From NCBI GenBank assembly GCA_000004985.1, contig GG738852.1: DNA of 64,000 bases. One strand, given 5' to 3'. This stretch comes from Naegleria gruberi. Lineage: Eukaryota. The position numbers and the translations under genes are program-made. Numbering within the stretch: the stretch's first letter is position 1; each line of letters begins with the position of its first letter. The notes below the pieces were generated by a model. That model had not been told where the DNA came from. It saw only the letters and a program-made list of their open reading frames with translations, and did not search any database. Below are positions 31,454 through 41,540 of the stretch, piece by piece.

Positions 31454-34392
31454 TTAAATATCTGGTGAGTAATAAATTGCATCAGATTTTGTGAGAGGAA
31501 TATGAAGCTCTGTTGGGGAGGATGACAATGGCACCTCTTCAACAGATTTTGGAATAATTGTGTGTGATTGCAAATCTTCTTGTTCTTGTTCTGTGAGGTT
31601 TGTTCCATCTTTGAATACCTTTTGTGTGAGTAAATGGAGAGCATACACATACACTTCATCTCTGGCTCTCTTTCCCCAAACAAAGTCATTATGCTTAAAA
31701 CCAATAATCTTTTTTGAATATACAAGTGAATATTGAAGCCCCTCCATTAAGAATTCCTCAATATCTGAAGGATTAGCCAAGTAATCAAGAGTGCCATAGA
31801 AAACAGCAATTGGTACATCAATTATCTTTTTAAGATCGTACTTTTCAACTTTTGGGGGTGTAGAATTCTTGGCAGAGCTTGCTGGATAAGTAAATGATTG
31901 GAATGATTCAGACTTGATCAATTGACCCCAGTGAATTAAATTTTGGAGAGAAGTTGGAGAAGGTTCATATTTTGATAGGATTGGTAAAATTGCATGATCA
32001 ATATCACAATCTGACAAAACTGTCCATGCTTCATTGAATAAACTCTGAGTAAGCTTTGGTAAAACAGATCTACTGACTGTTTTGTTTCAACAATGAATTA
32101 TTATGGAGCAATGTTAAAAATTACAATCTAAAAGAAAAACTTACGTTGTGTAGCACCAATTTCTCCAATACCTATTCCTTCCAGGGTTGAGAATAACATC
32201 TCCGTATTCATCTTGGTAACCATGGCTAACAATTTGCTTTGTTGATGCTTGAGACTACACACAGGTGCCAAAGCAATGAACATGTCCAATTTCTTTTGTA
32301 ACTCTGGGAATAATGTCAAGGCAACAAACGCTTGTGTAGTTCCTTGAGAATGGCCAACATAGGATAATTTCTCTACTTGAGTGAACTTGAGTACGTATTT
32401 AATTTGGGCTGGGAAATCAAATTTTGCCATTTCAGTAAATGAGAATTTCCAAAATTCCTTGTCTGTAAAGCTATTCCATGAAATGTGTTTTCTACTAAAT
32501 TGAACGCCTCTATTATTTCCAAGCCAAACATCAAAACCTGCATCTGCGAGCATGAATGCAAAGCTATATTTTTGGCCTCCAATAAGCCAAGCAGAGCTAG
32601 AATTGAAAACGCCATGTTGTAAGAATACTACAGGTCTCTTCTTTTTCTTTCTTCTTTCCAATTCGTCCTCTAATAAAATTTCATCCTTGAAAAGCATGAG
32701 GGAATTCAAATTTCCATGAGGAATTCTGTGAATTTGCAACACGTATCCATCACTGGTAACGGTTTCGTGTTTTTCAATTGGATATCCTTGTTGTCTTACA
32801 AAATCAAAAATTGATTCTTGCTCTTGGTCGTGAGACGTCAACTTAATTTTGTCTGATTTCTTATTTGGTTGTGACTCTTTAAATTTCTGTGGTGCACTCA
32901 TAAGAATATCATGTGCAAGTTTGGTACTGTTATTTGGTGCTTGAATCAGTTCCCAGTCACTAAGGTTGCTTCTTTCATCTTCCATAATTAAGAGAGAATC
33001 TCTCAATTCCATTCCACTCAATCCATTGGATACTTCGTTTAATAGGGTCTTTTCTCGTTCACCTTTTTTAATTCTATCATCAACCTCAAGTAGGAGTGCA
33101 GTTGGCATGTGTTGATGAATAAGTTTACAAAAGTCTTTGTTTGACTCTCCATACTCTTCTCTTGCAGTTTGGTAGGCTACTCTTCCACTACCATCTCTCA
33201 ACTTGAGAACACGATCCAAAATTTCCAAACTCTTGTACTGATCGATGAGCATTCTACAAATTTCCGTATTGCCTGTTTGGGCACAGAGATGGAATGGGGT
33301 TCTTCCCTCCTTATCTGCATGGAGGAGCATGTCTATCATTTTATCCTCATCAACTAGTAAGAGCAAATGCGGCAATAACTCAATCGAACCAGATTTGACA
33401 CAAATGTGAAAAACATTTTCATTGAAAATGGTTGTCAAATAGAGGTCACTTCCAAGATCCACCAAAGTTTGAATAGTTTCTTGGGATGATTTTGCCAATA
33501 TGGCACAAAATAGTGGGGTATACTTTTCATCATTCAATTCGTCAATATTAATCTTCATTTCCATTTCCTTCTCAGGTTCCTTCTTTTTAAAGAGAGAAAG
33601 GAAGGATACTTTCTCTGGACTAGAAGGAATTACTTTTTTAATTTCATCAGTCCATGTGGCCATCTTGTCATAATAATATGACAAGTATTCTGATGAAATT
33701 GATTTTTTTTGTACAGATTCTTCCTTCTTGACAAGTGCATCTGAAACAGTTTCAAGAGTTGAAGCAGAAACCACTTCGACAGGCATAGCCACTTGTTTAA
33801 ACTTGAGAATATGATACTCATCCTTCAAGAGTGTTAAAATACATTGTATAATTTGATAATTTCCAGTTTTACAAGCCAAATGCAAAATGGTATCATTATT
33901 CCTCGATGTTTTGATGAGTAACATTTTACGAATAACAGAATCAGGAATATAATTATTTCCCTCTGTCAAATAATTGATCATTTCCAAATCTTGTCTCATC
34001 ACTGAAACGTGAATAATAGAACATTTTCCAAGTATTGTATAATTAATTTTCTTATTCGTTAATAACAATTGTAAAATTGATTTAAACGATTCACTATTAG
34101 TAGTTTCCTCTTTCAATGACTGATGCAATTTCCTCGAGAGTAAATCATCAAGCAATTTAATATTTCCCTGTTTTACAGCATTATTCAGAGTCATACCAAA
34201 TCGATGATCATCCTTGATATACTCATCTAATGCTGTTCCGATATTATTTACATCTTCCTCTCCTCCCAATAGAAGAGTTTCATCAGTCATTCTATCATCC
34301 TCATCAACTACCAATTCATCAGTAGTATTTGTTGTATTGGTGGTATTGTTATTAGTTCTTCTCCAAGAAGGGATCATTCTCTTAAAAAACAA
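31454..34392 (-). CDS. Ankyrin-repeat domain fused to an acid (gastric/lysosomal-type) lipase alpha/beta-hydrolase domain. Exon 1 is 34392..32145, intron 32144..32077 (68 nt, GTAAGT..AACAG), exon 2 is 32076..31454.
   Basis: The N-terminal half has at least 6 ANK repeats (e.g. TILHLACKTGNYQIIQCIL, TPLFCAILAKSSQETIQTLVDLGSD, RTPFHLCAQTGNTEICRMLID). The C-terminal half has VVFLQHGVFNSSSAWL, the nucleophile elbow GHSQGTT, and in exon 2 the Asp/His region GTLDYLANPSD...HNDFVWG. The join is phase-1 compatible (c|tc = Leu). Confidence 0.8.
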
Positions 34393-34517
34393 CCGCCACT
34401 ATTGTGGTGAGCAAGCAGTGTAGAAAGTTTTTTTGTTTGATGGCATGTTCATCATTTGAATGTTCAACCCAAAATAATTTTCAGTGTTTGATGATGTAAT
34501 ACAAATGAAAAAGAGAG

Positions 34518-34577
34518 TGGAGATCCCCGTACCTCTTCCATGCTAAAGAAGCGCTCTACCATGTGAGCTACATCCCC
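34518..34577 (-). pseudogene. tRNA-Ala(AGC)-like element of 60 nt lacking a T-arm; likely a tRNA pseudogene or tRNA-derived fragment. It sits in the 0.8-kb divergent spacer.
   Basis: The minus-strand read is GGGGATGTAGCTCACATGGTAGAGCGCTTCTTTAGCATGGAAGAGGTACGGGGATCTCCA. The acceptor 5' half, D-arm and anticodon arm (loop TTAGCAT, anticodon AGC) match eukaryotic tRNA-Ala, including the G3:U70-type context. About 12 nt of T-stem and loop are absent before ATCTCCA. Confidence 0.45.
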
Positions 34578-35217
34578 TTACATTCATTATGAAAAAACGC
34601 TGTTAATGAATGTTTCAGAAAATTGTTAAATAAAGGTTCTATCCTTGCACATCTATGGTAATTTTAGTCTCAGAATTTTTGCATTTGAGCCGTAAAGCGT
34701 TTTAAGGGTTTTAAAATTTCCATTTCTAATAAATTCGGCGACCATCACCCAAACTCAATCAAGTTGTGTAATCCATAATATTTCGAATAGATTCACACTC
34801 TATAATACATACACCTTGCCTCATACTTCCTCATCTTATCATATTTTACACAGTACATTCAATTCCAACCAACATGAATTAATCCAAACTAATCTTCCAT
34901 CACACCACAATTCTTACCTCAAATATTAATATTTCATTCCTTCGTACATTTATCCCAACACTGGTCCAGAAATGGATTTTCCCTCCACAATAAAAATCAA
35001 CCAACATCAAAACCCAGCAGTGGAATATTCTGCGCTTCTTTTTGCATCTGAAAAAAAACAAACAACAACACTTTGCATCCCCTCCAGATTATACTTCTCC
35101 CACCAACACAGAAAGGAGTAGTTCTCAACTCTTACCACACACAACAACAACAAGATTGATCCCTAAATTAATAATTTTAAAGAGTTTGTGATACAAAAAA
35201 AGTTTAGCAAGAAAATA

Positions 35218-37047
35218 ATGGGAAGAAAGAAAAAGCAGGTTACTCTAATTGATTTGGAGTGTTATACGTTTTGTTATGAATTGATTTATTCCGATAAGGA
35301 TACTAGGGATTGTTTCTTTGATTATTTGATAACCACTCATAATGAAGGTAAATAGTTTCGAATAGTATAATATTTATTTATCATACGAATTTATTCATTA
35401 ATAGAGGCCATTTACTTTATTCAAAAAGTACAACAATTTAAAAAGAAGGATTTGACCAATAACAAGAAGGCCAAACTTGCAATTGAAATATTTAATTGTT
35501 ATTTGAAAGATGGTGGAAAATACGAATTGAATTTATCATCAAAAGATAGACAACACATCAAGGAAGAGTACGAAAAGGTTGGACAGTTGGATAATTGCGA
35601 AACCTGTCTTCTTTCCGATAATATATTTACTGCTCTGGAGCAGCAAATTCACTTGAGTTTGAAAGAAGCTAATTTTCCACATTTCATCAAATCTCCTAAA
35701 TTCAGAGAGCTTGCCATGAAGCAAACAACAGATTTCCTGGATAAGATTGGTTTTAGAATGAATGCTAAAAAGATTGATATTATTCAAAGATTACTGGGTT
35801 CTTCATCATCTATAATTGCATCACCTTCAACACAAAGTTTGGCAAGTCTTGATGGTTCAATGGACTCTTTTAGATTGAGTGAAAGTCTCACAGGTCCAAT
35901 TATTGATCCAAATGCCTTCCTCAGAGGAGAATCATCAAATGGTTGGAAATTATTGGACAAACATTCACATATTACTGTGGAAGATTTCAGATTTATGGCA
36001 TGCAAGGTTTTCGAAAAGGATTCCAAAGCTCAAGACATGAGCAAATTCTTCCAAAATTTGGTTGGTGATCCATCTGCAGATAGCACATCAAGAAGACAAT
36101 CAGCTCCAAACTTGGCAAGTAAATCTGCATCCTATTCAGAGAGATCAATGTCTCTCTCAGTCAACAACTCTCCAAGTCTCCAACGATACAATAGCGAAAA
36201 TAATAATGTGAGAAAAATTTCAATAGATTCATCTAGTAATGTGACGGAATATTTTGAGGATATGTGGACAAAGAGTGAGAAGAAGACATCCAATTACACA
36301 CTGTATAGTTATGATTTGAAAACTTCAATGTTCGACGAGGCAGATACTGATGTTATGGAATCACTGAAAAATATTCACATATTCAAGACTGAAGTGGAAT
36401 ATCCTTACAATGTAGATTTTGTTGTGGAAACATTCGCCAGATCACAGTATAGAATTGATTTTGACAATATGTTGAAAGAATCATTTTCTCTCGATTTTAT
36501 GCACGTTCATCAACCTCCAAGTGAGGGTGAGGTTAGACGTGAGGAAGTTTCGAGTAGCATGTTACAAGAGGTTTGGCGATTTTCCTACTCACTTCTCAAT
36601 CTCAAAGATAGAAGTTTCATTGTCGAGTCGAGTCTCATGTACGATGAGCAGAATAGAGCTTATTTACTATTGAAAAAATCAGTAGATAATGTCATTATTG
36701 ATGATAGTGATTGTGTCAGAGGTCGTCTCTTGCAATTAATGGTATTTGAGAGAAAGGAGAAGGAAAAGACAATCATGACAGATTTTGTAGTTTTGGATAT
36801 GAAGGACAGTGTAAATAATATAATTTTTGAGAATTGTGTTGCCAAGAGAGCAAAAGAGTTTTACGATAAGGGAATGTCTGCTCTAAAAGCAAACATGGAA
36901 CTCATCAAACATAACTTCCCAACACCAAGCGATAGCGACCGTATTTTGGAAACACTTGTCAATAATAACAAGTGTGGATATTGTAAACTAGGATTCAAAC
37001 TGAGGACGAATAATAATTCTGATCTAGATGACCTGGACGATTTGTAA
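35218..37047 (+). CDS. Regulator of G-protein signalling (RGS) domain protein. Exon 1 is 35218..35347, intron 35348..35404 (57 nt, GTAAAT..AATAG), exon 2 is 35405..37047.
   Basis: The spliced N-terminus LECYTFCYELIYSDKDTRDCFFDYLITTHNEEAIYFIQKVQQFKK...KLAIEIFNCYLKDGGKYELNL...FTALEQQIHLSLKEANFPHFIKSPKF has the RGS-box pattern. The join is phase-1 compatible. The C-terminal 350 aa is Ser-rich and of unknown function. Confidence 0.78.
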
Positions 37048-37055
37048 AATAATAA

Positions 37056-38672
37056 TTAAAATAATTTATGATTAAGTGTACCATGACCGGTTTGATTTTG
37101 ACTTGGATTGAATCCTCTCACAATAGCATTCAAAACATAGAGTTTAGATCTACGTACAGCATCTTCCAATGTGGAGCCAAGAGCAAGATTGGATGCAATG
37201 GCAGCAGCTAAAGAACAGCCAGTACCGTGAGTATTGTTTGATTGAATGAAATTGGCGTGAAGAGAAACAAATCTGTCAGCCTCACTTTCATATAAAATAT
37301 CAACTGCATATTCTGAATTAATCAAGTGGCCTCCCTTAACAAGGACATTTCTAATACCAAATGTTTCTGAAATTGTCTTGGCAGCCTTCTTGGAAAGTTC
37401 AACTGTGGTAATCTTGAATGGTGAGTCAGTAAGCTCTAGAATTCTCTCAGCTTCTGGAATGTTTGGAGTGATGAGTGTGGCCATAGGGAAGAACTCTCTA
37501 ACAAGCGCATCTACAGCTTCATCCTTCAATAAATTATGCCCACTAGTTGAGACCATCACTGGATCAACAACTACCTTAATATTTGGATTCAATTCTCTAT
37601 AGTGTTTGAGTTTTTCAATGACAACTCTAATTAATTCAGAACTGTACAGCATTCCAGTTTTAACTGACACAATATTGATATCGCTCATGACAGAGTCTAT
37701 TTGTTTTGCCAAAAATTCTGCAGAAACAGGGAATACTCCTTGCACTCCCAAAGTATTTTGAGCAGTGAGGGCAGTAATAGCACTTGTGCCAAACAAGTGA
37801 TGAGCATGGAAAGTATTCAAATCGGCTTGAATACCAGCACCACCTCCAGAATCAGAACCAGCAATGGTCAATGCGGATTTTGGAGCTACAGGATTGAGAT
37901 TTTTCACTTGTCTACGTTCAATTTCCTCAACTGGCCACTCTTCCAAATAATAAGCAGAATCCCAAAATAAATATTCCATTTGACTTGCCATTTTCACATT
38001 TTCAAAACACTTTTCCTTTTCACTTTCTGATGCTGTTGGTGCATATGTATTAATAAATGCTGAAAATTGTTCAACTCCCTTCTTGAATTCATCAGAAGAG
38101 TACGACTTGATCCAATCAGCATATGGATGCGAATCTGTCAATAATACTTCTCCACTTTCATTCATCATCTTGTTGGTAATATATTGAGCAACTCTGTAAT
38201 AAATATAATAGCAAGGCAAACATGAACACAAGGTTTGTAAAAAAGTATCGGAATTAGCACTTGCCAACAAGAATGATGTATAGAGGAGGCATGATTTTGA
38301 AGCCTTTGCATCCTTCACCGAATCAATATTCCACTTTTTAAAGTATTCGTGATGTAAATTGGCAGCCTCTTCAAGTGCTCCTTTCGATTGCTCCAACAAG
38401 AATAAATATTGTGCCTCTCCATTCACTTCCTTCAACAAGTCAATTTTAGTTGCAGCCAACACAAAAATCTTACTAAATGTTTGCAAATAAATTGTATCTT
38501 GAATAATATAGAATCGGAAAATGTTTTGATTCAATGTTCCTTCCATCATTTCCCTAATAAATGGTAATCCTAAAATTCCGTGCATGATTTGATCCTCCAT
38601 CATGGAAATTAAAGCACCAGCCAATCCTTCAAAACATGCCGGATGAGAGAGTTGATGAGTATTGTTGGTCAT
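37056..38672 (-). CDS. Bifunctional thiaminase-II (TenA) / hydroxymethylpyrimidine-phosphomethylpyrimidine kinase (ThiD); THI20-like but with the domain order TenA then ThiD.
   Basis: The N-terminal TenA_Thi-4-like region is QNIFRFYIIQDTIYLQTFSKIF..YIYYRVAQYI. The C-terminal ThiD region is TIAGSDSGGGAGIQADLNTF, GTSAITALTAQNTLGV, VDPVMVSTSGH and GTGCSLAAAIASNLALG. The ATG is at 38672. Confidence 0.82.
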   Translation of the reverse strand: MTNNTHQLSHPACFEGLAGALISMMEDQIMHGILGLPFIREMMEGTLNQNIFRFYIIQDTIYLQTFSKIFVLAATKIDLLKEVNGEAQYLFLLEQSKGALEEAANLHHEYFKKWNIDSVKDAKASKSCLLYTSFLLASANSDTFLQTLCSCLPCYYIYYRVAQYITNKMMNESGEVLLTDSHPYADWIKSYSSDEFKKGVEQFSAFINTYAPTASESEKEKCFENVKMASQMEYLFWDSAYYLEEWPVEEIERRQVKNLNPVAPKSALTIAGSDSGGGAGIQADLNTFHAHHLFGTSAITALTAQNTLGVQGVFPVSAEFLAKQIDSVMSDINIVSVKTGMLYSSELIRVVIEKLKHYRELNPNIKVVVDPVMVSTSGHNLLKDEAVDALVREFFPMATLITPNIPEAERILELTDSPFKITTVELSKKAAKTISETFGIRNVLVKGGHLINSEYAVDILYESEADRFVSLHANFIQSNNTHGTGCSLAAAIASNLALGSTLEDAVRRSKLYVLNAIVRGFNPSQNQTGHGTLNHKLF

Positions 38673-39851
38673 TTTTTTTTACTTATCTAATTCATTCTTT
38701 TTATTTCTTTCAAAGTGTTGTTGGAAATGGTGTTCACAACAAATCTGGGATGGCTCAAATAATAAAAAACACTAAAACACATATTGATTGAATGAAATTC
38801 AAGTGTTACAAGTTGAATGATTCAATTAGAATAGGTATTGCAAGTGTTACAGTATTGAATAAAAGTTACATTTAACAAATAATACTGTCATGTTTAGTCT
38901 AATCCATGTCAATATTGTTTGAGAAACAACGATATGAAGAGAATCACAGCACAGCCATGAGCTTGATGATTTACAGCATGATGTTTGGGAGCATGTATTG
39001 GATTGTTTCCATTAACAGTCAACTAATGTGGTGTATCAAGGGAATATATATAACTCTCAATCCAAATAGACTTGATATGCTTAATATTCTCAAATTTGAG
39101 AAATTGAATGTTAAATGCAATATATTCTTTACATAAAGTCCCTTTCATACCTCTGACATGTATTAATATGTTCCATTTTAAAAACTCTGCATTCATGTGT
39201 GAAAGTTGCTGATATTCACAAAAGTTAATGTGATCATCCAATTGTCACTCCACCATGGAAGATGTTTCTTGTTGATGTTGTTGATGAACCTCATCATGAT
39301 GGTGCTCTTCTGATGGCATTCGATGACCTCAACAAATATTACAGACATGCTGCAACATGTAATTCATCAATCGCATAACAAATTTATACCATTAATAGAT
39401 AGAGCTCCTCATGTACATTTATGAAAGCCTCTAATAAACTCCTCTTAAATCGCCAAATGATAATGGGCCGATTCATTAGTTCTCCTCCCTTAACGATTAT
39501 TATTAAATTATTAACAAATAATTCAACATGTGCGCATTGTATTATAACACGTGAATTCACATCACATGTGCTGATAAATGTTTATATATTTTTTCACTTG
39601 ATTCTAAAATCCATTAAGGCTTCAAGATGCAAATATTTTGTACGATTTTTACAAAAAATGATGTCCCTTATGGAAATATTGAAATAAATGGTCTTATTTG
39701 TGCTAAATAATGTGTCCTCTTATGGAAATATTGAAACCCAATTATCGGCAGGTCAAGGATTTATTAAGCAGTAAGGACAAAAGCCAGTTTTGGATATTAA
39801 ATTTCGTTCATACCGAACTCATTCATGATCTCAATAACCACACAATAGAAT

Positions 39852-41145
39852 TTATAGCAATTCGCTTATAGAAATTCTGGTCCTGTTCGTCTTCGCTCTT
39901 TTTTCTTCCTTATTCGTCGAATTTTGATTTAATAAGGACTTGTCGAGTTCTGTTGGTTGAAGACATCTGTTAGAGGGTTCCGTATCTTTAGGGAGGTGCT
40001 GTGCATTGTCTTGAAGAGGATAAGTATTCGCCTGAACTGAATAATTATATTCTCGTTCTTGGATTTGAGTATTGGGATTGTGTATCGAATTATTATTGAC
40101 CTTCTCAGATGCAATTCTGCTTGAATCTTGGTTTGTTGGGTGGTGTGGAACCTTAACCTGTTGGTGGTGCTCTGACATTTTAGGATATGTGGTATTTGTT
40201 TGAGGGTTTGAAGACAATAAAGGAAATTGATTGCTGTTGTTTGAGGGGTTAGAGTTGATAATTGGAGGTATAGTGGGGCTACCTGTTGACTTGGAAAGCG
40301 CAATATTTGCTTTAGAACTACTGTTGGAGGAAGATGATGATGAGAATAATTTGTGCTTTGTACCTTCCAGTGAAACATGCAGGATTGAGATGCACCATCC
40401 TGACTATTTAACTTTTTACTAGAGGACCTACTTGGAAGATAGGTACTGTCTATGAAAGAATGGCTTTGAATTGGTGTAATGTGGTGATGCTGCTTATTTT
40501 GTTTTTGGTAATGAATCTGAGGAACTGGATCAGTGGTTGTAATTTGCAAGATTTGTTGTCTCTGTGGAGTGGAAAATGAATCTTGACTTGTGTTCAATGA
40601 TGGTGAATGTGCCAAAACTGTTTGGAGAGAAGGTTTCAATGAAGTTGAATCATATTGAATGTTGTGAAAGAGGAGAGGTTTGTTCTTTCTAATGGTTGAA
40701 ATATTACTATGATTATTAAGTTGTTGTATTGAGGTGTTATGTGGATGCTGATTAATTGAAGAAATCGTTGATTGTGTAGGTGCATTGTTGGAGTAGATCC
40801 ATATTGTTGAGATGTTTTGGAGGGTTTCTTAATTTTGTGAGTACTATTAAGTGGAATGTGAAACATGTCGTATTGATGTAGATTAGCAGTTGATATCGAT
40901 GGTAGTTGTGTTGGTGGTGATGCTGCTCCATGATGATGGACACTATGATTGTAAGGTGGAGGTGATAATCCAGGTATTAAACTTCTTGTCGTAATAGAGT
41001 TAGATGGGTTAGGAATCACAATAGAATTCTCTTCCTGATGATGGTGATTGTAATGTCCAAGTTCTTGATAAAAGTGAGTATTGTTTAGCTCTTCTTGTTG
41101 ATTTTCCATTGAATGACCCTGCTTGTTAACCATCTTCGATTTCAC
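39852..41145 (-). other. Gln/His/Pro/Asn-rich low-complexity coding-like locus split across three minus-strand frames (ORFs 40636..41145, 39929..40639, 39852..40217). It is either a gene with unresolved small introns or frameshifts, or a decaying pseudogene.
   Basis: Three collinear overlapping ORFs share the same biased composition (HHH, QQQ, PP, TT runs). No domain was recognised. Confidence 0.25.
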
Positions 41146-41540
41146 TGGTCTTGTACAGCTGGTTGTGAAGTTTAATTGATTAAGGACTTGTTAAGCTCAG
41201 GTCTCAATGCGATGGTGTATTGTTTTTTTTGGTTGATATTGTTTGGAAAAACTTCATTGATTTGGAATTAAGATCCGTGAGAATGCCGGCGGCAAGTGCA
41301 ATAACTAATTTGTTAATTTGTTATTGTATTGAGTTAACCGGATGTCCAGTTTACCGAAAAAGACCTTATTAAGATCAAAAGGATAAGAAAGGGCTCACCA
41401 GCACGAATTGATGTTCTTTCGAGAGTTAAAACTGTTAAGAATCTAGATTAGTCAAAAAGTGTGACAATATTTAATGACGAAACTTATCACCCATGTCGCC
41501 TTAACGCAATTGTAAACAAATGGTAGTGCTTTGTATGAAC

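Noticed and set aside
41230-41460. A relatively GC-rich 200-bp patch in the spacer upstream of the 1109-aa gene, considered as a possible snRNA/snoRNA or other Pol III gene.
   Set aside because: It has no recognisable U1/U2/U4/U5/U6 or 5S core sequences, no box C/D (RUGAUGA..CUGA) pairing and no A/B-box tRNA-like promoter, so the evidence is insufficient.
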